This document shows positions 25,824 through 38,050 of a stretch of DNA of 64,000 nt, one piece after another. How positions within the stretch are numbered: position 1 is the stretch's first letter; every line of letters begins with the position of its first letter. The notes under the pieces were generated by a model. The model saw only the letters and a list, made by a program, of their open reading frames with translations, did not search any database and was not told the origin of the DNA. The DNA lies in assembly GCF_036588685.1 (NCBI RefSeq), contig NC_086376.1, positions 87,957,630 through 88,021,629 of the forward strand, read 5' to 3'. This stretch comes from Mytilus trossulus. Lineage: Eukaryota. The position numbers were made by a program, and so were the translations under genes.

Positions 25824-26042
25824 ATTGTACGCTTTGGATTTTTATTTAAAAAATAATTGATGCAAGCTATAATACTTTATTGTAGTTCTAACACGGGTAG
25901 GAGCTATATTCGTGTTTATTTTTTCCCGAGCGATAGTGAGGGCTAAAATTACACGAATATAATGCCTATCCGTGTTAAAATTACAATAAAGTATTATAGC
26001 TTGCATCAATTATTTTTTAAATAAAAATCCAAAGCGTACAAT
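25824..26042. mobile_element. Foldback (palindromic) MITE, 219 bp
   Basis: About 61-bp perfect outer arms attgtacgctttgg...ttattgta, imperfect inner arms, loop cccgagcgatagtgaggg. Confidence 0.85.
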
Positions 26043-26689
26043 AGGACAATTTAGATAATTTCTATGTCCGATAAGTGTAAGCGTAAAAGAGTTTGTGTAG
26101 GCTCTTCCATGAACCTGCCTTTTTTGTTTGTTAAGAAGCAAATGCCTGGCACTGTGAATTTTCAGAGGGAGGAGTTTGAACAGCCAGCATGAACAGTTGT
26201 CGTATCTAGGTCAAATATGTCAATTTCGAAATGCAACACATTACAGTCATAATATTTAAATCAATTAGTAACATCATGTGCACCATTTAAGAGTTTGAAA
26301 GTGTTTTAAAGTTAAGGAAATATTTGCAGTGCATGATAATATGATCAAACTCAATATTCTGAAGAAGACAATATACGCATGTGCAAGTAAATTTTATTGG
26401 ATTTAGAGCATGTATACCAATCAATAGAAGCACGTCATATTAGAATCGGCATATACATTTTGATGTTACACATCTTTCTCCGTAACATGTTGAGCGTTAT
26501 GGTTTTTTTTTAAGAATACTAATATGAATCAATAACAATTGTAATTTTCATGAAAAATGTAATTAACCTTACATTGTACTATCGCTTTTTTTAAATTGTT
26601 TCGAAAGACGCTATTGCAAGACTTATATTTCTCTAGTCTTTCAAAGACTGAACTAAATATTGATTGGTGTTTTCTTGCATTTGAAACTA

Positions 26690-26875
26690 CAGTGGAACCC
26701 GTATTAACCGGATGTTGCATAAACCGAAAACCTCTCTAAACTGTAAATGTGCTTATCAATAAGTCAACTTGTATTAATTATCAAACGTTAATGAACATCA
26801 ATAAACTTAAAATCTGCAAAAACCGAACACAATCGTAAGTCCCAAAAATTTTCTATTTTAACTTGTTTTCACTGT
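26690..26875. mobile_element. Degraded Tc1/mariner- or pogo-type MITE
   Basis: ta|cagtggaacc ... gttttcactg termini; internal aaaccga repeats. Confidence 0.45.
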
Positions 26876-26975
26876 TCGTGAATTATATTGGAGAAACTTA
26901 TCTTTTATTAATTATATTGTATGTGTTGCCATAGTATAACTGTATGGAAAACAAGATGTTATATATCATACGTAT

Positions 26976-27860
26976 ATGATGAACTACTACAAAATAAAGT
27001 GCATAAGATCCTATCTATCGAAAGAAGCAACTGAAACTTTGGTCTTATCTTTGGTTATATCACATTTAGATTATTGCAATGTTATACTTTTTGGAATTTC
27101 ACAAACTGATTTATATAAATTGCAACGTATACATAATGTGTGTGCCAAACTTATGTTAAACCGTTCTAAGTATGATAGTGCTAAGCAGGCATTGTTTGAC
27201 TTACACTGGCTTCCGATCAAAGCCAGAATTACATTCAAAATCTTAACCTATATGTACAACTGTCATGTAAGTAATGCACCGTCATATTTGATCAATTTGT
27301 TAAATCCTCAAGTGTCGAAACGTTCATTAAGGTCGTCAGAGTCATCTATTGGTTGTTATGCAGTCCCATATAACAAAAAGAAAACTTTTTCAGATATAAG
27401 CTTTCATTTCCGTTTGAATGGTTTTACACTATTAATTTTGGGGCCCTTTATAGCTTGTTGTTCGGAGTGAGCCAAGGCTCCGTGTTGAAGGCCGTACTTT
27501 AACCTGTAATGGTTTACTTTTTAAATTGTTATTTGGATGGAGAGTTGTCTCATTGGCACTCACACCACATCTTCCTATATCTATTTAGTACTATTGGGCC
27601 AAAATTGTGGAATTAACTAGGTACAAATGTAAGAAACTCTGAATCTTTGGATACTTTCAAATGTCGGTTGAAAACATTGTATTTCGAAAATTATTTTGAA
27701 CTTTTCTGACTTTTTTCTTGTGTATCACAGTATATATTTTCATTTTTTGGTATAGTACATACATATTGTATTTTTGTATAGTATTTTTGTATTTTATATG
27801 TCATTTATGTACAACGCCATTGCATACATATTGTATATGTAGAAATAGGCGTTTAATTAA
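26976..27860 (+). mobile_element. 5'-truncated LINE (L2/CR1 group) ORF2 C-terminus and 3' UTR, interrupted by an insertion at 27402-27585
   Basis: LVISHLDYCN..KLQRIHN..LHWLPIKARITFK..APSYL..RSLRS..SF, resuming after the insert as STIGPKLWN*L..FKCRLKT; 3' stem-loop acaacgcc...ggcgttt. Confidence 0.85.
27402..27585 (+). mobile_element. SINE-like 3' fragment nested in the LINE
   Basis: Reverse-complement match to 18715-18900; the LINE frame is continuous across it; flanked by ttt on both sides. Confidence 0.75.
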
Positions 27861-27891
27861 GTTTTCACGTTTCATGTTATATGTTTCATAC

Positions 27892-27996
27892 CTCCGCAAT
27901 CTGAGATCTTTTGAAATCCCTGAGACTTTGCATCAGTCTCTGTCAGTGGCATAGCTACAAAACTGGTACTGCTCATTGGATCTGGTCCCCATGTTA
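27892..27996 (-). CDS. Uncharacterised protein exon (TWGPDPMSSTSFVAMPLTETDAKSQGFQKISDCG)
   Basis: ttcttcag| and G|gtatg; 105 nt, phase 1-1. Confidence 0.85.
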
Positions 27997-28295
27997 CTGA
28001 AGAATAATTGTTAAAGACATCACTACTGCCAACTTGAATCAAGTTTTACATCTTGAAAATGTTAATGGCAAGAAAGAAGCTTTGAATAGCAAAACAATAT
28101 CAACAAGCTCAATGAATAGACAGTGGAAACATCTATCAACGTTTTACAGGAGCTTTTGCCCTGAAATTACGATTTTTTTTCGTTTTTACGTTTCTTGTGT
28201 CTTCGGCTTGTAATAAGTCGATGTTTAGTGTCCTACATTTTTTTTTTAATATGACTTGATACTTGTTTTACAAGACATAAACTAATATTACGTAC

Positions 28296-28319
28296 CTCTT
28301 AGGTTATTCCATTCTTCGC
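28296..28319 (-). CDS. Uncharacterised protein, 24-nt microexon (GEEWNNLR); upstream start/signal exon not identified
   Basis: tttttag| and G|gtacg; phase 1-1. Confidence 0.7.
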
Positions 28320-29535
28320 CTAAAAAAATAAAAATAAAATACTTTACTGTTTCAGTTATGTTTCAATCTATAATTTCTGTTTTAGTGAGACAATTTCTCT
28401 TAATAAAAAAAATGTTTTAAAACTGGTTTAAATTATTAACAGCACCCGAAACGTAGTTTGTGTGTATGATAGTCCTACTTAATACGTTCACGAGCTTACT
28501 TGGACATAGAAATGAATGGTACTCATTGTTTCTAACACGTGAAGCTGATATTGCACATACCCTTCTTGAATACTCGTGTCTATAACATAGCGAGTCTCGT
28601 GTTACTCGTCGTAGTAAACATTTATTTTGAGAATAATGTTTCTGTTCTATTTTTTTATCTACATTTTGTGTCGCTCTCACTCGAAATTCGATGGTTGTTT
28701 GACCTTTTGTGACTTTATTCTTCTTAATTTAAATTAAGTCGTCATGCATTTGAGTCGAAAAACTTATTTTCTATTAATCAATATGAGCAGGAGAACACAT
28801 GTGATATTGGTCGTTTATTTATTTGCATTAACTGTTTAATTTGTCAATTTGAAAAATGAAAACGAAACGTTCGAATTGTATTGTTACATTATTTATATAC
28901 AAGCTACAATGTAGTTTTTTGAAATGACAATGATCTTCAAGAGCGGTTCTAATATCATAGCCGATGTCTTGATGTAAAAACCCGGACATAAACACATCAA
29001 TGACATACCAGATTGAATTAAAAATAGTAATTTGAACGGTCAGTTTAATTTGCTATTTTGAATTGTAAAGCTTAATTTCCATAGCTTGCTTTTCAGTATT
29101 GTGATTTCTTACTGTCGACTTCAACGTCATTCGACATTTGATTGAGCGTTGTGATTCTGTTGCTCAGTTGTTTTCCTCTTATAATTGACGTGTTGAACAG
29201 TGGTATACTAATACTGTTGTCTTTATGTATCATTAGCAATCCTGCCACATCTTCTTATTTTTTTCTTTAATTTCCACTGTCATTCAGTTTAATGTCATTT
29301 TATGTTTTATCATAAACCAAGCCGTTATTTGTTGTACAATTTCTTCATGTCCGGGTCTTTTATACCTCAATTGTTCACATGGGTATTGTTTCATTCTTGA
29401 AGGCCGTATTGTGGCCTTTAATTGCTTAAAATCACGTAATTTTGTCTCTGGTAGATACATCATACTTGAATATTCAACCAGTAAAATTGGAACAATGAAA
29501 TATAAATGATTAAAAAAGAACCAGATTTCGAGATT

Positions 29536-29707
29536 TTATTTATTATTTATTATACCGGGGCCCAGTGCGCTCTTCAAGAAAGCACACTGTGTTTCCCTCA
29601 GTCCCTGACCATCTTGAGGACAATCATTGTCAATAATAAGGTAGGTTCTGTCCCGGCTGTCATATGGATTCCATTTGTTACACTTGTCTTTACAGAAGTT
29701 TGGATTT
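29536..29707 (-). CDS. Carboxylesterase/cholinesterase-like A, exon 3 (last)
   Basis: ttttgtag| phase 2: GNPNFCKDKCNKWNPY...GLRETQCAFLKSALGPGIINNK*. Confidence 0.9.
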
Positions 29708-30300
29708 CTACAAAATTAATTCATAATATCAATAATTTTTATAAACCTTTTTTAAAGAAAAGAAAAAATTGTATGAAATAATCCAGTGAATATACATTGT
29801 GATGGAACATCTTGAAAACCAGTTACTTATGTACGTAGGAACAAAACAAACAATGTCAAAAATGTAAATAAGGAAACAATTGCATCATGCATGTTTTGTT
29901 CAAATTTAAAACTGTAGATTAAGGAACAAATCTATGTTTAAAAAACTGTTCAATAATGTTGTATTTGTATTCTTAATATTATCTAAATGTCATTAACACC
30001 GGCTCTTGTATTAGGGATGCAATGTTTCTTTTCATGACTAAATAAGGTAACATAAACGCCACACATTTTTTACATACAATAAGCATTCTGGATTTTCAAA
30101 GTTGTTATTTGTAACAAAAATCGAATTGCGATATTTTTGGATTACGTAAACAAGGAATATATAAATAAATGATTTTACATATTTAGATTCTGAAACGACG
30201 AATCAAGAAATAAATTATTAACTAAAGAAACTTTTACGTTTAGTTTCCAAAAGATTGATATTGACCGACTGTGAAAGATATTCAAAGGAAGGATTAATAC

Positions 30301-30562
30301 CCTGTTTTAGCAAATGTGGTCCAGTATTTCATCATTCTCATGCTGACGTATCTATCTGTGTCGGAATAGTTGATGCTCTCTATCAAAGGTGTACCGAAGA
30401 CAAATTCATTTTCAGCTGCGTGTCGAACCCCAAACCATGGAGGTACGGGTGGAAATAATGCTGGATATTCAAAGGAATACATGTAGACGGTATTATTAGG
30501 GTTCACTGTGGACAAGGCCTGTGCAACCCCTATCACAGGACATTTGAAACTAACGTCAGAAC
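30301..30562 (-). CDS. Carboxylesterase-like A, exon 2 (catalytic His: WFGVRHAAENEFVFG)
   Basis: tttgtag| and GG|gtatt; 262 nt, phase 1-2; SDVSFKCP, YWTTFAKTG. Confidence 0.93.
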
Positions 30563-31889
30563 CTACAAATATCATATTTGAACAATTATCATAACACATA
30601 AAAGTTGTATAAAGAAAAATAAATATACGATAATACGCATGACATTCATAACGAGTTACTGTTATCATTTACAGTTTTTTTTTTACACTATCGCGATATT
30701 CTTATTTACCTTGCAATTCAGAATAAAATGAGATTCATCTTCGATGCTTTCGCATGTTTAGCTCAGACTTTGCTAAATTGGTCTCGATGAGCAGGCAATA
30801 CTTATCCTGTATATGCATATGACATCGCATCTTAAAGACTTTATGTGAATCCCTCATGGTTCGTTTGGTTACCTTGATTTGTCTCGCCTTGATCGATGTT
30901 CGAGAATTTTATATCGATGAAACTCAAGCTATTAAGAGAATCTGTTTGGCTGTTTTGCTGTAATTTCGAAACCTTTCTGATTGAAGACAATACATCTGAT
31001 GTCTCCTATAAGGAGATTGTCTAGCGCGCTACACTCTGAGACCTCTTTGGTAGTTTCGTAAGTAGTCTTTATCATAGTTAATACTCTGCAGAATTTACCT
31101 ATTTCTTTTTTTTCATTAATTTGTGTTCATACTATACATGTATATGCTTTGCTACATGTTTGCTACTGATCGAAAGCAAATAACAATCAATCAATCGAAA
31201 ACATTTGATTCGTTTCCTCTGTTTTAAAATACACATATCCTTATTTTTATTAAGATGTTCATTAAAAAAATGTGTTTTCAATTTTATTATTTTGTTACAA
31301 TGATTTCTCGTCATAACAAGAAGATTCTTAAATTAATATTAAAAATACAGTTTGAGCACATACCTACCGTTCATTTGAAGCAGTTGTTTTCACACAAAAA
31401 AGATCGTATTATACTAACACATACTTTTGTAGTTGGTATTTGAAAATAAACTTAATTTTAAAAAAACATTGTTTTCTTAAAAATAATAATTTTTGATTTC
31501 GGTCGTATGTATCTATTTAACAAGGTTCAACCCGCCTTTTTTCTTAAAATGTTCTGTACCAAGTCAGGAAAATGGCCATTATTATACTCAGTTCATTTTT
31601 GTGTGTGTTACATATTAATGTTGTGTTTCTGTTGTGTCATAGTTATCCTCTTATAGTTGATGTGTTTACCTAAGTTTTAGTTTGTAATCCGGATTTGTTT
31701 TGTTTTTTTTCTCAATCGATTTATGCATTTCGAACAGCCGTATACTACTGATGCCTTTCATTTCTATTGTAACTTGAAACTTATCAAAAAAGTTAATAAA
31801 TAACAGAAATAGAAAGTTTAACAAAAGTGACGATTATTGTATTAACAGTGGTATACTACTGTGGCCTTTATTTAACGTAAACAACTAAC

Positions 31890-33093
31890 CTATATCTATG
31901 GTCACATCTAGGTACGACTGCGGTTCATCTGGCAAGAATGGACGAAGATAGTATCCACCTATGTTAGCATACGTTGCATTACTCGCCACAAAGAGCAGTG
32001 GGAGAAGTCTGAAGTACTCATCCCTTGTTATAACTCCATCACTGATGTCTATAGGTATCTTTAACAAATCAACGTAAAAGGCAATGAAGAGGGATACTTC
32101 ATCTTTTACAACCCCTAACATGACGGAAATATGCTTGGGAAGAGGCTGTTTCATGAGCTCTGCTGGTGATTTGGAAATGAAACCATTTTTGTCGATTGTA
32201 GGTAAATGAGCCCTGATAAACAAAGGAGGGATCGGTATAGGAGGAATTTGTATTGCCGATACTACTGATGCTGGTAATGATCGTAGACATTCAATCTTAT
32301 CCTCTACTGAGGCCTGGTTACAACCAAGCTGCGTAGCAAAAGCATTGGCAGTAAAAAGTGCAACAGAAGGAGAATGAAAGGTAAATTTCGTATCAGCTGC
32401 TCCACTTTGAATGATTGCTTTTTGAAAATATGGGCGCGTAAAGTCGGATAGCATGTGATAATTTACACTAGCACCACCAGCACTTTGTCCAAATAAAGTA
32501 ATTTTATGCTTGCTTCCTCCAAATCTTCTCACGTTGCTATATATCCATTTGATTGCTAGTGATTGATCAAGCAGTCCCATATTACCAGGTGCATCTTTGT
32601 GGTCAAAATATAGAAAACCTAATGGTCCAGTTCTATAACTTATTGTAAAAACAATAGTATTTGTAAATGCAGCAATCACTTTAGGATCACTGCTGACTAC
32701 ATCCTCAGTAATGAATCCTCCTCCTACAATCCATATCATTGAGTGTTTGTGTCTACATCCTCCTTGAGGAATCCATGCATTTAGATACAAACAGTCTTCT
32801 CCTTGATTGGCAGCTGAAATATTAGAGGTAAAGAAAGCAGGCTGGGAACACGATTTAGCAAACTTCTGAGTGTATCTTGTTCCTCTCCATGGCCTTTTTG
32901 GAACAGGTTCCTTAAATCTTAAGACTCCAACTGGAGGTTCGGCAAATGGTATTCCTAAGAATGTATCTAACCTTTTACCAAGCACAATCTGAGTAAACCC
33001 TTTAATTGTTCCTGTTTTCGTATATATTTTTGTGTTATATGATGCACAATTGGTCACGAAAAAAAAGATCAAAGGAAAGCACGTTACCAACAT
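31890..33093 (-). CDS. Type-B carboxylesterase/cholinesterase-like A, exon 1 (signal peptide, GGG oxyanion hole, GQSAG, GVVKDE); protein about 545 aa
   Basis: FLGIPFAEPPVG.LRF, EDCLYLN, GNMGLLDQ motifs; ATG at 33093; G|gttagt donor. Confidence 0.95.
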
Positions 33094-34299
33094 TCTCAAA
33101 AACTTAATGATGATTGATGTGGTTGAACCGAGTCCTAGGTTGAAAGTGAATAATGTGGACTAGTCTGAAAAGCAAACACATATACTTAATAACTCCTGTT
33201 ACATTCCTTTAAAACATGTTTTGTAATTAACAGTTGGTTTTTTTTCACATTTTATATAAAACGCTGAATTTAAATGGGAATGAGAAACTCGTACCAAAAC
33301 CTTTTTAAGCAAGATGTACACTCATTAGGAAAAATAATGATATAGGACATTTGAAAAAAATATCATTCATCTTAATTACAATTTCTAGAAAATTATTTCA
33401 TTGAAGGTAAAATGATTCATTTCACCGATGCTTAGCATTGTCACCAAGACTGACGATCAAAGTCATACACGCTTTCGGTCAGATCATTTACATTTGTCCT
33501 AGTCAAATAAGTCATATACTGTTTACGTGTTGCTATTCTAGTCTAAATATTCTACTTTCTTTCATGTACATGTAGTACTCTTATAACCTGACCGGAGTTT
33601 CACTAACATAAGGGGTGTTTTCACCATTTACATTATCTTTCTTTTTATTTACATCATTTCACTGCTGTTTTGAGGGGCATTACTTATATTAATAAGTAAA
33701 ATAAAAAAAACATTTGACAAAACTCAAAAGTATCGGTGATAAAAATGGGGAAATAAACCAATTTATTTGATATGATTGATAGTAATAAAAAAAGACTTGA
33801 AAATGACATTCAATGCAGTGCTATGCACCATCTCAACCTCTCAATATTTTACTTTTACATTAAGCTCTGTATTGAAAACCTTTCTGTATCTTAGAGACGA
33901 AGAATAGCAATAAAAGCGCGTTTTCTTTGCTTTTTGTGCGTTTTTGCTGTACATGTTCTGATTTTGTATGATTTTTTTTTTTATTTACTGTTGTTTAAAA
34001 GGGACTTGAAAACGTGGAATGGTGATTATTGTTAGATAAATGTAACAATAACCACCATTTGAAACATTTTATTCGTAGCCAGTGAATCTTTTACCTAATT
34101 AATATAATGTTTATTGTCTGTAATTTGTCATGTCGGAAAATTTGTCAAATCTGATTACCAAAACAAGTATCTCGATTGTACGGATTTCAACCATCTTTCA
34201 CAGGTAACTACTATCTCATATTGTTCATAAACACGTTTTGGTCGTGATATGCATTTAAAATACATGATTATAAGCACCAATGCATCTTCAACATCATAA

Positions 34300-34500
34300 A
34301 ATTATAAAAAAGAAACTTAAGCTGTGCATGCTGATCTGTGATCAATGATAATTTTCAGTGGTATATGTAAACGCCGTTTACCTATGAAAGTTGAACCCAA
34401 CATCAACTTTGAAAAAAAATAAAAACGTAGGTCAAATGATTGAGACATATGTTACGGATTAAATCAAATGGAGGTTTTTTCAGGTTCATCCGGTCAAAAT
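34300..34500 (-). promoter_or_regulatory. Conserved upstream block, candidate 5' non-coding exon/promoter of esterase A
   Basis: Homologous to 60740-60950 upstream of esterase C; both carry a minus-strand |gtaaac donor (about 34380 and 60820). Esterase A has an acceptor cttttcag at about 33165. Confidence 0.45.
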
Positions 34501-35044
34501 AAATACACAGTATTCGGACAATTATGGAACATATGAATAGTATTTAAACGAGCTTTACAAAGAAGAAAAAATGCCGATCTTTTTCCTTATTCGTAATTTG
34601 TACAAGTACAATATATCTTTTCTTGAAATGTACAAATGATTTTTTGGGTCCTGAAATGTAACATTCTAATGCAATTAGTTTGTAACGACAATTTTCATTG
34701 GACGTTGATAAATATTTTGAGGGGTTAGATTCCACGTTCTACCAGTCCGTAACTAAGAAAGCCACCATTTTGAATTATGGGATATGTAATTTCTCAAAAA
34801 ATAAACAAGATATTCACATTTTGAGCCTCAAAATCTTCTTTTAGTCTATATTGAAACCATTCTGAAGCGTACGAAAAGTAAAAATATGTTTAGTATTCAT
34901 GTTTGACATCCAGAGTAAACACATGACGTCACATTGTTTAGATGCTAAAGACAATGCAACAGTTTCGCGGACTTTTTCATTTATGCCATTTTTAAGCCAA
35001 AATATTTATTAAATGACATTTATTTTAATATGTTGCATTAGAAT

Positions 35045-35212
35045 GGAGATAACTGTATTGTATTTTAAGCTTGGCCTTCGTAAAACGTAGATTTTACTGT
35101 CGCAAATATCCGTTTACCTATCTCCGCTCCGCGTCGCTAGGTAAACTCAATTTGCGACAGTAAAATCTACGTTTTACGAAGGCCAAGCTTAAAATACAAT
35201 ACAGTTATCTCC
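35045..35212. mobile_element. Foldback (palindromic) MITE, 168 bp
   Basis: 63-bp perfect arms ggagataactg...gtcgcaaat; inner stem gtttaccta/taggtaaac; loop tctccgctccgcgtcgc. Confidence 0.9.
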
Positions 35213-35552
35213 TAAATTATGACATTGACAAAGCCACCAATTTAAACTGACAATGTGACGTAACCAATACTTTGAATGGAACCGGTCGCTCGCAACAGAA
35301 GAAGGACAGCAATGGACTGGGTACGTATGTTTTACGTCGTCTTTTATGTACACCTAAATAATATAGTTAAAAATGTCGATAGGGTAAATGCATGTACTCT
35401 TCCACATGATGAAATTAGAATCTGAAGCTGATACTATCATCTTCTCTGTCAACGTTTCAATGTTGTTTTCGTCTTGCTTTATTAAAATCTTTTGTACATA
35501 ATAAAGGATCTGGTCAACAAACTCGTAATAGGTTCCAGAAGTACAACTGTAT

Positions 35553-35596
35553 ACGAAAGACGCGCGTTTCGTCAAGAAAAGATTCATCAGTGATGC
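35553..35596 (-). ncRNA. Degenerate hammerhead motif, family A repeat (35525-35655)
   Basis: gcatca-CTGATGA-atc(ttttctt)gac-GAAA-c(gcgc)g-TC-tttcgt; core intact, helices I and II damaged. Confidence 0.6.
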
Positions 35597-37616
35597 TCGA
35601 ATCGAAAAGTTTAAAAGAACAAATAACGTACGAAGTTTGATTGCATTAAGGACCCCAACATTTTATTGAGGACCCCAACAATTATCACTAATGCAGTTTA
35701 AGACATTCGTTGTTACCGAATGAGCAATTTGAAACTAAGGTTTAAGGGAACCGGATCTAGCAAGGACGTAACAATGTACCGTGAAATAACAATGTTTTTA
35801 TTCTCAATACATGTTAATAGATCTTTTCGGCTTTCTATTTCAAATTCACAGGCAGCTGGTGATTTTTTTCAGTTAATACAGCTAGCATCCTAGTTTTATT
35901 TATTGATAATAAGTGCGAAATCATATAAACTAACGTTCTTCAACCTGGCCTTTGGGTTTTCAGTTATATTAAACGAAGAAGAACCGGGCTTTTATGTCAT
36001 TGTTTTCCATGTGAGCAGCAATCTTTTATCACGGAATTAATTACAAGAAAATGCAATCTTTAGAATAGCGTATCAACAGTGAAATATGTACTCAAAAGGT
36101 AGACACTGCAGGTATGTTAGTTAAGTGAAATAAAACATTCATAATTGGCTAGCTGAAATCATTCCTTAATCGTAAATAAAGGCATTAGACTGACATATTT
36201 TTTTTTATTAGGTTCGATAGGATAGGTACGTTTGACATAGTCACAAAGTTTGGCTTGTTTTGTGAAAGATAATCATCTATTTTGATTAAAGCGTAAGGTA
36301 CATTTAAAGGATAATGCTAGCTTCTTCTCATACTTCATGAGAAGCCCATGTATACAGTCTGTCTAATGAGAGTACAATAACAAGAGTGTCGCAAAGTTTT
36401 TCCAATGGGAATGCCGATTGATTGTTGAAAATTAACAAATATCCTGTCAATTATAAAAAGACAAGCAATGATTTCATTTCCAGAGATGGGTTTAGTTTGA
36501 ATCAGAAGTGGTTTTACGAAGAATTATGTCGAGTTATCATTTTGATCTTTGAGTTTGAATGTCCCTCTGGTATCTTTCGCTCCTCCTCCTTAAGCTTATT
36601 ATCAAGGTATGGTTAATTTTTTGTATTCTTTTCTTTCATTTTTGTTTTAATGTCGTTTGTCTATATGCCTTATTTTTGTTTCATTGTTACATTTGACGTG
36701 GCTCTGTACTTCATATACATCCCGTCATTGTGTTATTGTAAATTTGTATATTCTTGATTTTCCTTTTGTGTGCTTTGTTTTATGTCCCTTTATGTGTTTC
36801 TTTGTTACGTTTTGGTTTTTTTTTATAGAGATTAAAGTTGTAACACAATATTGACTGTTGTACCCCAATGTTTTTAAAATTCTTACCTATTGTGTCTGTT
36901 TGTTTTGTTCACACATCGTTGTCAATATAAAATAATTTAAGGTGACTGTCATTTAAGTGAAAGGTTTAGCTAGCTTTAAAACCTTGTTTAATCCACTATT
37001 GTTTACATAGGAAAATGCCTGTACCAAGTCAGAAATATAACATTTGTTATCCATTCGTTTGTTGTGTTGTAACTTTTGATTTTATTATTTGATAAGAGAT
37101 TCTCCGTTTTGAATTTTCCTCGGTATGTTTGTCTTTTTACTTTTATTCTTTCCCTCATAAAACAAATATTGGTATCACTATTGGGTACTTTTTTGGGGGG
37201 GTAATCAAACTATGGCTAGTTCTTTCAATTTTTCTGTAGTTTAAAACGAGGTATATGAAAGTATCAGACTTTTACCGATGATCAAATCTCGTAAATCGGT
37301 TAGAAAGAGACAAATATTGTTGACAAAAAAAATCGAAGAAGTGGCAGAAACTCCAATTGAACGCAGGCCGGACAGGAGGTAAGGGACGCAATAGGTAAAA
37401 TTAAAAATCAGACGACTATATTGGTATCTAAAGTTTAGGACCGCAAAACATTCTAGTAGTAAGATATGACACTGACATATCGTATTTATCAACTTATACT
37501 TTTTTATATAACTAGTACTGTTTTTGGTTTAAATTATAACATATTATTTACAAAAGTTGTATGTACTCTAACATATCTTTCAAATTTTTAACTATCTACA
37601 TATTTATCATTGACAG

Positions 37617-38050
37617 GATTGGTTGATAAGAAACAAGTGATTGTTGGCAAGACTTCAATTGTTAGTGGTCAAGACTTTAATTGATTAATAATAAACAATA
37701 GGTTGTAAACATTGTAATTGGTTGATAAAACATGTAGTTGTGGTGAAGCCTGAGATTGATTGATAAAAAACAATTGGTTGTGATCAATACTACAATAATT
37801 TATTGATAAGAAACAAATTATTGTGGTCAAATCTGCAATTGAATAAGAAATAATTGGTTGTAATGAAGATTATCATTTGTTTGTACAAAAAAAGTGATTG
37901 TTGTCAATATAAAAAAAGAAGATGTGGTATGATTGTCATTGGTTGATAATAAACAATTGGTTGTGTTGACTACTAAGATTAGTTGATAAAAAGCAAGTGG
38001 TTGTGGTCACTACTATAATTGCTTGATAAGAAATTCGTGTTAGTGGTCAA
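37617..38050. repeat. Degenerate minisatellite, ~40-bp unit, about 11 copies
   Basis: Recurrent attggttgataagaaacaa.tggttgtggtcaagact. Confidence 0.8.

Noticed and set aside
33094-33099. ORF-track starts at 33099 and 59271 (MR...)
   Set aside because: These are TTG codons; the eukaryotic starts are the ATGs at 33093 and 59265, matching paralog B.
37617-38050. Regularly spaced repeats resembling a CRISPR array
   Set aside because: The units are degenerate along their whole length with no unique spacers, there are no cas genes, and the context is eukaryotic. It is a minisatellite.
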